Shown: positions 8,856 through 18,557, counted from the stretch's first letter. The stretch: 64,000 nt of DNA from Candidatus Omnitrophota bacterium (GCA_023140385.1 JAGLLT010000017.1:1754-65753), one strand, 5' to 3'. Translations and numbers: made by a program. Notes: generated by a model from the letters alone, not told the origin.

Positions 8856-10277
8856 CTAAGCGAGAACGCACACCCTGTTCTTGCCCGACCTCTTTGCTTT
8901 ATATAATGCTTTATCCGCTTTATCAATAAACTTTCCCTTGCTCATCTTCTTTCCATATTCAGCCACGCCGGCGCTTACGGTTAGCCGGCCCTCTGTCTTA
9001 CTTTTTTTACCGGCAAAAGGATAACTTTCAACCGCCCGCCTTATCTTTTCAGCCAAAACCTGCGCTCCCTTCGCGCTGGTCTCCGGCAGGATAATCATAA
9101 ACTCCTCTCCTCCGTAGCGGGCGCCTATATCAACCTTTCTATTAGAAGCTCTAATAATGTCAGCCAGGTCTCTTAATGCCTTATCTCCCGGGAGATGGCC
9201 GTAGGTATCATTGTACTCCTTGAACGAGTCCACATCAAACATTATTAAAGAAAGGTTCCCGGCATAACGCTCGACGCGGTCTACCTCCTGGCTTAAGCGT
9301 TCATGAAAATAGCGGTGATTAAAAAGGCCTGTTACGCTGTCCGTAATGGCCAGGCAGGTTGCCTTTTCATACAATTTGGCATTTTCAATAGCAACCGCCG
9401 CCTGATGTATAATAACAGAAAGCACCTTCAGGTCATCCTCGGTAAATATATCAATATCGGAAGAGGTTTTATCGGTAATATTAAACACTCCTGTTACTTT
9501 ATCTTTCGTCTGCAGCGGCAGGCTCAGGAAAGATTTGGTTTTGTATCTGGATAAATTTTTACTCCTCAGATGGCTGTTCTTTTCAATGTTCTCCACCAGC
9601 AGCGGCTTTCCCTGCTGAGCCACCATTCCGGAAATGGTATTGTCCGCCGCGACCCTTCTTTCCTTACTAGCGGCTTTACTCAAACCCTTAGCCGCCTTAA
9701 TCACCAAATCCCCTGTCTTTTCATCAACCAGCAGCAAAGAAGCCTTTTCCGCGGGAATAAATTCAACAATCTTGTGAACAATAAAATTGACTAAATCATC
9801 TAAATTTAAAATAGCGCTCATACTTTTACCGATGATCAGGATCTGTTCCAGCTTATCCTTTTCTATTTTGAGCTTTTTCAGCAGCCACTTATTCTCCATT
9901 ACCAGATTCTGCTTTTCTAATCCACGGCGGATAACAGATTTAATCTGTTCCACTTTGTACGGCTTAATAATGTAATCATAGGCTTCTGCTTCTATGGCCT
10001 CAACGGTTGTCCTGACTGAGGGGTAAGCGGTTATAATAATACCGCAAATGTCAGGCGTAATCCGCTTTAACTGCTGTAAAACTTCCAGGCCGTCCATGTC
10101 CGGTAAATTCAAATCTAAAATAGCTATATTAAAAAAATTCAGCCTTGCCTTATCTACAGCCTGATAGCCCAATTCAAAAGCGGAAACATCATAACCCTCA
10201 TCCTCCAGGATAAGTTTAAGCATCTCTCTGGCAACTTTTTCATCTTCCACTAATAAAATTTTAATCTTTTCTTTCAT
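8856..10277 (-). CDS. REC-GAF-GGDEF diguanylate cyclase
   Basis: Receiver (LVEDE, LDLNLPD), GAF, RYGGEEF with RKVD I-site; GAGGAG RBS before ATG 10277. Confidence 0.9.
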   Translation of the reverse strand: MKEKIKILLVEDEKVAREMLKLILEDEGYDVSAFELGYQAVDKARLNFFNIAILDLNLPDMDGLEVLQQLKRITPDICGIIITAYPSVRTTVEAIEAEAYDYIIKPYKVEQIKSVIRRGLEKQNLVMENKWLLKKLKIEKDKLEQILIIGKSMSAILNLDDLVNFIVHKIVEFIPAEKASLLLVDEKTGDLVIKAAKGLSKAASKERRVAADNTISGMVAQQGKPLLVENIEKNSHLRSKNLSRYKTKSFLSLPLQTKDKVTGVFNITDKTSSDIDIFTEDDLKVLSVIIHQAAVAIENAKLYEKATCLAITDSVTGLFNHRYFHERLSQEVDRVERYAGNLSLIMFDVDSFKEYNDTYGHLPGDKALRDLADIIRASNRKVDIGARYGGEEFMIILPETSAKGAQVLAEKIRRAVESYPFAGKKSKTEGRLTVSAGVAEYGKKMSKGKFIDKADKALYKAKRSGKNRVCVLA

Positions 10278-10288
10278 ATCTTCACTCC

Positions 10289-10753
10289 TCAATGGATTGT
10301 CTTGTCGCAAACTTTCTTAATGAGCTCAATAGTTTTATCCACATCAAAAGGCTTAAAGATACAGGTAGCGGCTCCCGCTTCTAAAGCCGTATTAATCATA
10401 TCTTCAACAGAATAGGCGGTCATCATTATGCAAACCGTCTGGGGACTCATAGCCTTTATCATTCTAAGAGTATCCACGCCATTTACTTCACCCAAAATTA
10501 TATCAATAAAAGCAACATGAAAAAATTCTTTGCCCGTTTTCTCTACAGCCTGCCGCCCGCTTTCCGCGGTTTCAACCTTATAATCACAGTCTTTTAATAT
10601 GGCGGCAAAAGTCTCCCTGGTAGTAAGTTCATCCTCAATAATTAAAATTTTGATTGGTTTTAATGGACACTTATCTTTCTCCCCCTTAGCATTCGCTGGA
10701 GACACTGTTTTCTTTTTGATAATCTTTGAGCGAAAAAAAATGTTTTGTATCAT
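10289..10753 (-). CDS. Single-domain response regulator
   Basis: LIIEDE, FIDI, MTAY, KPF motifs; start uncertain. Confidence 0.85.
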   Translation of the reverse strand: MIQNIFFRSKIIKKKTVSPANAKGEKDKCPLKPIKILIIEDELTTRETFAAILKDCDYKVETAESGRQAVEKTGKEFFHVAFIDIILGEVNGVDTLRMIKAMSPQTVCIMMTAYSVEDMINTALEAGAATCIFKPFDVDKTIELIKKVCDKTIH

Positions 10754-10766
10754 AACGCCTATAACC

Positions 10767-12722
10767 TCACCTTTCTTTTTTTATAGGAAGCCTGATTATA
10801 ACGGTACTTCCTTTGCCTGCTTCGCTTTCCACGCGGATACTACCGTTGTGCCCTATTATTATCTCATTTACAACAGCCAGCCCCAAACCTACGCCTTTAT
10901 GTTTGTCGGTAAAAAAGGGCTCAAAAACCCTCTTTATATTCTCTTTAGCGATGCCGCCGCCGCTGTCACTAATCCTAATCTCCAGCTCATCCTTGATTGT
11001 CTTCGCGCGCACTCTCAACTCTCCTCCCGCGGGCATTGCCTGATAAGCGTTTAAGATTATATTGTCCAGAGCCTGCCTAAAACGAAAGGCGTCCAAGGCC
11101 ACCATAAGGCCGGAGGACTGAAAATCCTCAATTACCTTTATGCCCTTAAGCCACTTTTTCTCCCGGGCGGAACTAATAGCTTCTTCCAGTATTACCTTTA
11201 TATCGGTCGGATTTAAAAGTAATTTAGGCGGACGGGAAAATTCCAGAATATTACTTATAATAACCGAAGCGCGTTCCGCTTCTTTCTCTATATCCTGCAC
11301 TGATTTAGTAAGTGGAGAGCCGGCTTTCTTCAGTTTTTCATTTAAATAATACGCGGCCATTTTAACACCGGTCAGTGGATTTCTAAGCTCATGGCCCATC
11401 ACGGCCGCCATCTGCCCTATAGCCGCCAACCGCTCCTTCTGAACCAACTGGGCCTGCGCCTTCGTCAACTCTTTATAAGCCTCATCTATATCCTCTAATA
11501 TATTCAGCGTAGCCTTTCTGGCATCGCTTAAATCCTTAGTCCGCTCTTCTACTACCCTCTCTAACTTCTCACCCCAGTTTTTAACAGTTTCATACAGCCT
11601 GGCATTCTCAATAGCCACCCCCACGGCATCTCCGATAGAATCCAGCATCCGCATTTCCTCCGGAACAAGCCGGTAATAACCGCGGCTCAATAAACTCAAT
11701 ACTCCCACCATTTTTCCCTTTGACATCAGCGGTATACAGGCGCAGGAACGAATGCTTCTCTTTTCCGTACCTCCTATCATAAAATGCGGAGCCTCTGACA
11801 CATTGGCTATTATTACCGGTTTCCCTGTCCGCGCGACCTCTGTATACATATTGTCCTCTTTTAACTTCAGCCGGGTAATACTTTTGATGTACTCCGCGCT
11901 AAATCCCCGATGGACCCTAAGATTCAGCTCCTCCTTTTCTTTGTCCAACAAAAAAATACAACCCCTATCTACCCTGATTACCTCCAGCATCCTATCCAGG
12001 GCGTCATTTAAGATTTCCTGCAGATTAAGCGACTGGCTCACCAGGCTAAAAACCGCGGTAAGAGCAACCTGACCTCTGACTCTACGCCTGCTTTCCTCCC
12101 TCTGGTTCTTCAGTTCTTCTGTGGACATCATAGTTAAGCCGACAGCGAATATCAAAGAAAAGAGCACTCCCAGGCCGAAGCCTATAGGGGCAAACCACTC
12201 AACATTCCGGAGAAAGGGGTAATCCAGATTATGAAGTCCGTTCAGAAAAAAACCGAGCAGGATTGGCAGGCGGGCCGCGGTTTTCTTCTCTTTTGTAAAT
12301 TTAAAAAAATAGAAACCGCAGGCAATAAAACCCGCACCGCTAATAAGCGATATTGGAACAACCGCCGCGTACCAGTCCCCGACAACAAATACCCCAATAT
12401 AAGAAATCGCTATAATGCCCAGAGTTATTACAATAGCGGCTATATGCCACTTTTTCAAAACCGGCGTCCTCATATTGCCGACGCTTTCTAAGAAAGCCAC
12501 GGCCGTCAAGGCGTAGAAGATATGACGGATAAACCAGAGAAGCTCTGTGCTATTTTGAATAATGGCTAATTCTGTCAGGGCATGAAGGCCAAAAAAAAGC
12601 CAGGCCGCCGCCCACCAAAAAATCATCTTCTCTTTAACCTCAAAGTACCTGACAAAGAGAATGAGTGATACTGCCAGCTTAATACCGCAGTCAATAGAAA
12701 TAGCCGGTGTTATCCACTGCAT
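10767..12722 (-). CDS. Multi-TM sensor, GAF, histidine kinase
   Basis: About 7 TM segments (GLHNLDYPFLR), GAF, H-box GHELRNPL, N/G1/F/G2 boxes. Confidence 0.92.
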   Translation of the reverse strand: MQWITPAISIDCGIKLAVSLILFVRYFEVKEKMIFWWAAAWLFFGLHALTELAIIQNSTELLWFIRHIFYALTAVAFLESVGNMRTPVLKKWHIAAIVITLGIIAISYIGVFVVGDWYAAVVPISLISGAGFIACGFYFFKFTKEKKTAARLPILLGFFLNGLHNLDYPFLRNVEWFAPIGFGLGVLFSLIFAVGLTMMSTEELKNQREESRRRVRGQVALTAVFSLVSQSLNLQEILNDALDRMLEVIRVDRGCIFLLDKEKEELNLRVHRGFSAEYIKSITRLKLKEDNMYTEVARTGKPVIIANVSEAPHFMIGGTEKRSIRSCACIPLMSKGKMVGVLSLLSRGYYRLVPEEMRMLDSIGDAVGVAIENARLYETVKNWGEKLERVVEERTKDLSDARKATLNILEDIDEAYKELTKAQAQLVQKERLAAIGQMAAVMGHELRNPLTGVKMAAYYLNEKLKKAGSPLTKSVQDIEKEAERASVIISNILEFSRPPKLLLNPTDIKVILEEAISSAREKKWLKGIKVIEDFQSSGLMVALDAFRFRQALDNIILNAYQAMPAGGELRVRAKTIKDELEIRISDSGGGIAKENIKRVFEPFFTDKHKGVGLGLAVVNEIIIGHNGSIRVESEAGKGSTVIIRLPIKKER

Positions 12723-12723
12723 A

Positions 12724-13314
12724 TTATTTTTCTAATTCCTCCATCTTCTTCTTTAATTCCATCATCTTCAGCTCACGGCCTACGGTCAGGCGGCTAAACT
12801 TCTCAAGCTCCCTCACCTTATCCTCCAACTCCTTAGTTCTCTCTTTAACCTTTATTTCCAACTTCGACTTTAGCTCTTCAAGACCCCTGGTCTTTTCCTC
12901 GACAAAGGCCATAGCTACAATCGATAAAATCTTATCGGCAACCGGTTCATATATAGCCAGCGCTTCATACAAAACGGTTTGATTATTCTGATATTCATCA
13001 AAGAGCGATCTTCCATAAACATCCCTCAAAGTAAGCATCCCTCCGACTATCTCCTCACTTGTCATCGCTTTCAAAACACCCTTCTCCGCCATCGCCCGCG
13101 CGTACTTTTCGGCTCCTCCAAAAACTTTCTCTGCCAGACAGTCAATGCAGGTATCGTATATCACCTCTGACTCTGTCTCTGTTTCCTGGTGACTTAATTT
13201 GTCCAAGAACCCCTTAGCAGTCATTTCTTTTACCCACTTCCGCCTAAGCTTTTCCCGGTTATCCCTGAAATGCTTAACCAACACTTCCCTTAACTCTTTT
13301 ATTTTATCCGTCAT
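12724..13314 (-). CDS. RsbR N-terminal-like (globin-fold) domain plus coiled coil, no output domain
   Basis: Helical N-domain resembling RsbR sensor domains (recognised from memory); ends KVKERTKELE...TVGRELKMMELK. Confidence 0.6.
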   Translation of the reverse strand: MTDKIKELREVLVKHFRDNREKLRRKWVKEMTAKGFLDKLSHQETETESEVIYDTCIDCLAEKVFGGAEKYARAMAEKGVLKAMTSEEIVGGMLTLRDVYGRSLFDEYQNNQTVLYEALAIYEPVADKILSIVAMAFVEEKTRGLEELKSKLEIKVKERTKELEDKVRELEKFSRLTVGRELKMMELKKKMEELEK

Positions 13315-13336
13315 TTTAAAACCCCCAATTTTTTCC

Positions 13337-14605
13337 TCAGCCGCCCTCTAATTTTTTCTTCAGACTTTCTATCTCGTCCTTTAAGGCTATCATCTTTAAC
13401 TCTCTATCCACGGCAACCTTATTGAACTTCTCAAGCTCCTCAACTTTCTCCTGAAGCTCGCCGGTCTTCTTCGTTATTTTCTGCTCTAAAGTCCTTCCCC
13501 ATTCTTCTAACTTCTGCCTGGAACTCTTCAAATCTTTAGTCATACGGTTAAACGAGTTGGCCAAAGCCTCTATTTCATCCCTGGTCCCGACTTCTACTTC
13601 TATCTCCAAATCACCTCCGGCAACCTTATCCGCGGCCTCCCTCAATTTTATAACCGGCAAAGACAGGTGCCTGGCAACCATCGTAACTAAAACAGCAATA
13701 AGCAGAGTTACTATAAAACCGACAGCGAAAAACCAATTTCTTATCTTGTATATAGATTTAAAAGCTTCCTTTTCCGATATCTCAACGACCAACATACACT
13801 GTTTATCTGCCAGCCAATTACAGTTGCCGATAACCATCTGGCCTTTGTAATCCTTGTATCTGCTTATACTTTTGCAATTGCCGCTTGAATAGTCCTTCAT
13901 TGAGTCAGAAAAAAACTTCTTCCCAAAAGGAACTTCTGAAGCTATAGAACCGCAGACAAATCTTCCTTCTTTATCAAGAAGGAAGATTTTTTCCTCTTTC
14001 AGCAGAGCACACTCATTTGTAATCGTATCACTTAGGTGCTTAAAATTTACCCTTTCAACTCCCACACCAAGCAGCTTTCCTGTCTCCAGTTGAATAATAG
14101 GCGTAAAAGCTAACATTGTAGGCTGTTTGAAAATCGGCGAGTAATAGATATCGGTTATCCCGGTGATGAAGTCACGGCCTTTTGAGAAATAGTTTCGATC
14201 CGATTTATCAAGCCCTATCTGCGTTTCATCGGTCGAGGCTATTACCTTGCCGCTGATATCAATGATAAACAACTCAAGAGCGCTGGGATCACCTTCTATC
14301 ATTTGCTTTAATCTCATTATAATCTCTCTAACCAAAACATCCGAAGCCTGCCCCTCTTCAATCCGCTCCAGCCTCCCTCTTATATAAATACTGGTAGCTT
14401 TTGACCTTATGTCTCTCTGCCTTTCATTACAAAAACTATTAAGCCGTCCCTCAACTCCTTTTCTGCGGCAATGTTGCTGCTTTAAGACACACTCCTTCAA
14501 GCTTTCTTTACTGCCTTGATAAGCAATAACCCCCATTAATGCAAAAGTACTAATAAAAATACCTAAAAATATAACAGTCAGTTTAGCCTGAAGCTTGAGT
14601 TTCAT
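13337..14605 (-). CDS. TM-dCache-TM-HAMP sensor, no output domain
   Basis: Two TMs, Cache-like segment (DRNYF...ITDIYYS), HAMP (DEIEALANSFNRM), ends AVDRELKMIALK. Confidence 0.8.
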   Translation of the reverse strand: MKLKLQAKLTVIFLGIFISTFALMGVIAYQGSKESLKECVLKQQHCRRKGVEGRLNSFCNERQRDIRSKATSIYIRGRLERIEEGQASDVLVREIIMRLKQMIEGDPSALELFIIDISGKVIASTDETQIGLDKSDRNYFSKGRDFITGITDIYYSPIFKQPTMLAFTPIIQLETGKLLGVGVERVNFKHLSDTITNECALLKEEKIFLLDKEGRFVCGSIASEVPFGKKFFSDSMKDYSSGNCKSISRYKDYKGQMVIGNCNWLADKQCMLVVEISEKEAFKSIYKIRNWFFAVGFIVTLLIAVLVTMVARHLSLPVIKLREAADKVAGGDLEIEVEVGTRDEIEALANSFNRMTKDLKSSRQKLEEWGRTLEQKITKKTGELQEKVEELEKFNKVAVDRELKMIALKDEIESLKKKLEGG

Positions 14606-14632
14606 ATCCCTATCTCCTCCAATGTCTTAATC

Positions 14633-14652
14633 CCTGCCTGCCGGCAGGCAGA
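14633..14652. repeat. Second copy of the 20-bp palindrome (last base differs), between two CTTAATC heptamers
   Basis: cttaatc-cctgcctgccggcaggcaga-cttaatc. Confidence 0.9.
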
Positions 14653-14838
14653 CTTAATCCTGTTTTTTTACACTTTTAGCTTTACGCTTTAAGCTTTCTA
14701 CATATATTGACAATAATATCACATAGACTCTATTCTGTCAATTGAGACTCCCTTAAAGAAAATTCCCACATCTTGTACTTTATAGTATATACTATAATAT
14801 GTCATTGAGACTTAGACACTTAAAAAGAAAGGGCTCAT

Positions 14839-15381
14839 ATGTTAAAAAAAACGATAATACTGGTAGTAGATGACGATAAAGTTCTTTGCCGGAGCTTTAA
14901 AGATGTCTTAGAACTTGACGGATACAAAGTCATCACTGCTGAGACCAGAGTTTTGGCATTAAAGGCGGTCGGCAAAACTCCTCCGGATGTAATCCTGGTT
15001 GATATTCGCCTGCCGGACGGAGACGGTTTAGATTTAATAAAAGAGATAAAACAAATCATCCCTGATGTCTTACCCATTATCATCACCGGTTACGGAAGCC
15101 TGGAAAGTGCCATTGAGGCCATCAAAACCGGCATTTACGGATATATTCTAAAACCCTTTGATGTCGAGGCGGTAAAAAAGATAATAAAAAAAGCGATAGA
15201 AAAAATTGTTCCCGAAATAGAGATATTCAGGGGCCGGGTGAAAACATGGGAAAAAGAGGTAGCTGTCATCGCCGACGACAATGAATGCCTTCACTCATGG
15301 CTTAATAAACGCAAAGAAAAGTACAAGGGAAAATGCGTCAAGGTAGTGCTGATCACTAAAAAAGATGAGCCAAAGGATTAA
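14839..15381 (+). CDS. Response regulator with short unknown C-terminal extension
   Basis: VVDDD, VDIRLPD, ITGY, KPF. Confidence 0.85.
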   Translation: MLKKTIILVVDDDKVLCRSFKDVLELDGYKVITAETRVLALKAVGKTPPDVILVDIRLPDGDGLDLIKEIKQIIPDVLPIIITGYGSLESAIEAIKTGIYGYILKPFDVEAVKKIIKKAIEKIVPEIEIFRGRVKTWEKEVAVIADDNECLHSWLNKRKEKYKGKCVKVVLITKKDEPKD

Positions 15382-15908
15382 GCGGTTATTTTTCTTCCCC
15401 TTGAATCAATAGCGACAACAGCGGGAAAATTTTCAACCTCTAATTTATATATTGCCTCAGGGCCTAAATCCCCGAAGGTGAGTAACTTTGCCTTTTTTAC
15501 CCTCTCCGACAAATAGGCACCGCATCCGGCGGGAGCCATCAGATACACTCCCTTATTTTTTTTCAGGCTCCTCACCACCTCCTGGGATCTCCTGCCCTTA
15601 CCTATCAAAACCTTAACTCCCGCGTCTAACAAAGACGGTGTAAATTCATCCATGCGGGATGAAGTGGTCGGGCCGCAGGAGCCTACGGGACGGCCTTTTC
15701 CGGCAGGCGTAGGGCCGGTATAATAAATAATTTGATTTTTAAGAACCAAAGGCAGTTTTTTTCCACTTTTTATTAAACCGGCTAATCGAAGGTGCGCCTG
15801 ATCTCTCGCTGTATAAATAGTACCGGATATAAAGACAAACTGTCCGGCTTTAAGTTTTTTTATAACATCAGTATCTAACGGCGTACAGATTTTAAGAGCA
15901 TTTTTCAT
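15378..15908 (-). CDS. Fe-S hydro-lyase (class I fumarate hydratase) beta subunit
   Basis: TARDQAH, GPTTSSRM, IGKG, LGPEA. Confidence 0.92.
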   Translation of the reverse strand: MKNALKICTPLDTDVIKKLKAGQFVFISGTIYTARDQAHLRLAGLIKSGKKLPLVLKNQIIYYTGPTPAGKGRPVGSCGPTTSSRMDEFTPSLLDAGVKVLIGKGRRSQEVVRSLKKNKGVYLMAPAGCGAYLSERVKKAKLLTFGDLGPEAIYKLEVENFPAVVAIDSRGRKITA

Positions 15909-15911
15909 TTT

Positions 15912-16754
15912 TTATATGGTTACCGCCGCGCTTCTTGTAGCATGGCATCCTATGTTTACAGCTACCGGAAGGCCGGCAATGTGCGTTGGGTATGTCAGGA
16001 TATTCACACCCAGGCAGGTTGTTTTGCCCCCCAGCCCCATCGGCCCAATCCTTAGATGATTTATCATGCTATAAATCTTCTTCTCCATTTTTAATATGTG
16101 TTTTTTTCTGCTGTTTTTATCAACCGGCCGCAAAAGAGCCATTTTTGCCAGAAGATTTGCCTTTTCGGCCGTCCCGCCAACACCCACCCCGACTATATAT
16201 GGAGGGCAGGCATCAGAACCCGCGTTTTTTACACACTCCACTATAAAATTTTCAATCTCTGTTATCCGGACGGTGGGATTAAACATCTTCATCCGGGTTT
16301 TGTTTTCACTGCCAAAACCCTTAGGCATTACGGTTATTTTTAACCTTTTCCCTTTTTTTAACTCCAAATGTATAATGGCCGGCCCAAACCCTGACCGGCT
16401 TTCCCTTTTCAGCGGGTCACTAACAATGGACGCCCTGAACAGGTACTTTTTATACGAGCGAATTACGGCCTTCTGAATAACACCCTCCAGGCCGCCCCCC
16501 TTAATCCTGACATCTTCTCCGGCCTCAACAAAAACAACGGGCAAGCCGGTATCCTGACAGATTGGCAATCTTTTCGTTTTGGCTATGGCGGCATTTTCAA
16601 GAATAATCCTGTAAAGTTCTCCGGCAAGTTTATTCGTTTCTTTGGCGTAAGCCCTCTTGAGGGCTCTCTTAATATCCGGCCTTATTACGGTATTGGCCTT
16701 TAAAAAAAGACTGCCCACCGCCTCTTCTACTTTAGCGGCGCTGATAACTCTCAT
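15912..16754 (-). CDS. Fe-S hydro-lyase (class I fumarate hydratase) alpha subunit
   Basis: PICQDTG, PKGFGSEN, ACPP, CHATR. Confidence 0.92.
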   Translation of the reverse strand: MRVISAAKVEEAVGSLFLKANTVIRPDIKRALKRAYAKETNKLAGELYRIILENAAIAKTKRLPICQDTGLPVVFVEAGEDVRIKGGGLEGVIQKAVIRSYKKYLFRASIVSDPLKRESRSGFGPAIIHLELKKGKRLKITVMPKGFGSENKTRMKMFNPTVRITEIENFIVECVKNAGSDACPPYIVGVGVGGTAEKANLLAKMALLRPVDKNSRKKHILKMEKKIYSMINHLRIGPMGLGGKTTCLGVNILTYPTHIAGLPVAVNIGCHATRSAAVTI

Positions 16755-17170
16755 TTACTCTTATATCCTTTTCTTTTATACTCTCTGGAGACGGTCGTTT
16801 TAATGCCGCCTCGAATATTAAATTCACCTACTATTTTTGTATAACGCGGATTACAAACTTTTATAAAATCATCTAATATTTTATTAACCACATGTTCGTG
16901 GAAAATACCTACTTCGCGGTAAAAAAATAGGTACTCCTTAAATGATTTCAATTCAATACAATATTTAGCCGGCGCGTATTCAATACAAATACGCGCAAAA
17001 TCCGGTAAGCCTGTTTTCGGACAGATACAGTTGAATTCGCGGGTTTCTATGTGTATGAGGTACTCTTTATCAGAATACTGATTTTCCCAAACTTCTAAGG
17101 GCGGAGTTTTTAGATTCCTTATTTGCCCCTGCAAATTATCGTAAGTAGATTTCTTTTTTCTCGTCATCAC
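16751..17170 (-). CDS. queF: preQ0 reductase (type I)
   Basis: CPKTGLPDF, ELKSFK, FHE, RGGI. Confidence 0.93.
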   Translation of the reverse strand: MMTRKKKSTYDNLQGQIRNLKTPPLEVWENQYSDKEYLIHIETREFNCICPKTGLPDFARICIEYAPAKYCIELKSFKEYLFFYREVGIFHEHVVNKILDDFIKVCNPRYTKIVGEFNIRGGIKTTVSREYKRKGYKSK

Positions 17171-17880
17171 TTCACTCCCAAAATTTTATGCGTCTGCGGT
17201 ATTACTAACACCTGCCTTAACTCCTTCTTCGCTATTTTAAACAACCTCACCATCTCCTCCTCCTTAACCTTCTCCTTAACCCCGCCAAGAGGCGTAACAG
17301 GCTGTAAAACAACCGGTATATTTTTATTAATACCCCTTATAATGTCAACCGCCTTTTTAAACTCAGCCGGCCTTAAACCGGCGGTAATGACGGCCTTTAC
17401 AAATAAGTCCCCTCTGTTTTTACCGCGAAAACAACCGTTGGCCGTCTTTAAAAAAAGCCGGTGTTCGGCCCATAAAGCTTTAGTTAAGCCGGCCGCCGAG
17501 GGCAGTTTAATATCCATAGAGATATAATCAAGGAACCCTATCACCTCTTTTAACTTTGAGACCAGGGTGCCGTTCGTCTCTAAGTATATCCTATAACCTA
17601 ATCCTTTTAAAGCGGGCAATAAACTTTTCAGGCCGTCCGTATGAATTAACGGCTCACCGCCGGTAATGGCTATCGAGTGACATATCTTATTTTTATCTAA
17701 AGCTCTTATCCTTTTAACCAATCTATCCAGTGAAACCGTTTTTGAAGTCAGGACACCGGTATCGCAATAGCGGCATCTTAGATTACACTTGGCAAAGCGG
17801 ACAAATACCTGGCGCTCACCAACAAACAGGCCCTCGCCCTGAAACGAAGAAAAAATCTCGGCAACGTGTTTTATTTTCAT
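17167..17880 (-). CDS. queE: 7-carboxy-7-deazaguanine synthase (radical SAM)
   Basis: EIFSSFQGEG, CNLRCRYCDT, TGGEP, ETNG, PQTHK. Confidence 0.93.
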   Translation of the reverse strand: MKIKHVAEIFSSFQGEGLFVGERQVFVRFAKCNLRCRYCDTGVLTSKTVSLDRLVKRIRALDKNKICHSIAITGGEPLIHTDGLKSLLPALKGLGYRIYLETNGTLVSKLKEVIGFLDYISMDIKLPSAAGLTKALWAEHRLFLKTANGCFRGKNRGDLFVKAVITAGLRPAEFKKAVDIIRGINKNIPVVLQPVTPLGGVKEKVKEEEMVRLFKIAKKELRQVLVIPQTHKILGVK

Positions 17881-18557
17881 CTATCTGTCTTTATACTGAG
17901 AGGATCATCTAATCCGGCCTCACTAAAACCGCGGCTTCGAAGCCGGCAGCTGTCACAGGCGCCGCAAGGATACCTTGCACCTTCATAACAAGACCAGGTA
18001 TATTTAAAGGGCACCTTCAGCCTTCTGCCCAACTTAACAATCTCACCCTTTGACTTCCTTGATAACGGCGTTTTGATTTTAACCATCCTGCCGGTTACGC
18101 CGCGCCTGGTACCAAGCGCGGACATCCTGCTAAAGGCCTTTAAAAAGTCGGGCCGGCAATCGGGGTATCCGGAGTAATCCACGGAATTTACACCGATAAA
18201 GATAGAATCGGCAGATAAAACTTCAGCGTAACAAAGAGCGTAACTTAAAAAGATGATATTTCTGGCAGGCACATAGGTGCTGGGAATACCCGCTTCTTTT
18301 ATCTTTGACAGCCCCCTTTTAGGAAGCCGCCTTTTTTTGTCAATTAGTGAACTACTCCTCGCGGGAAATTTAACCTTTAAAACAATATGGGCGGCGCCGG
18401 CAAGCCCGGCCAGCCTCTTCGCCAGTTTTATTTCCTTTTGATGCCGCTGGCTATAATCAAAACTCAAACAGGTAATCTTATAACCGAGGTTTTTCGCGTA
18501 ATAAAGGGTAACAGCTGAATCAAGCCCGCCTGAAAGTAAAACGATAGCCCTTTTCAT
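17877..18557 (-). CDS. queC: 7-cyano-7-deazaguanine synthase
   Basis: SGGLDS, YVPARN, GYPDCR, SCY...CGACDSC; start at MKRAIV overlaps the queD stop. Confidence 0.95.
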   Translation of the reverse strand: MKRAIVLLSGGLDSAVTLYYAKNLGYKITCLSFDYSQRHQKEIKLAKRLAGLAGAAHIVLKVKFPARSSSLIDKKRRLPKRGLSKIKEAGIPSTYVPARNIIFLSYALCYAEVLSADSIFIGVNSVDYSGYPDCRPDFLKAFSRMSALGTRRGVTGRMVKIKTPLSRKSKGEIVKLGRRLKVPFKYTWSCYEGARYPCGACDSCRLRSRGFSEAGLDDPLSIKTDR

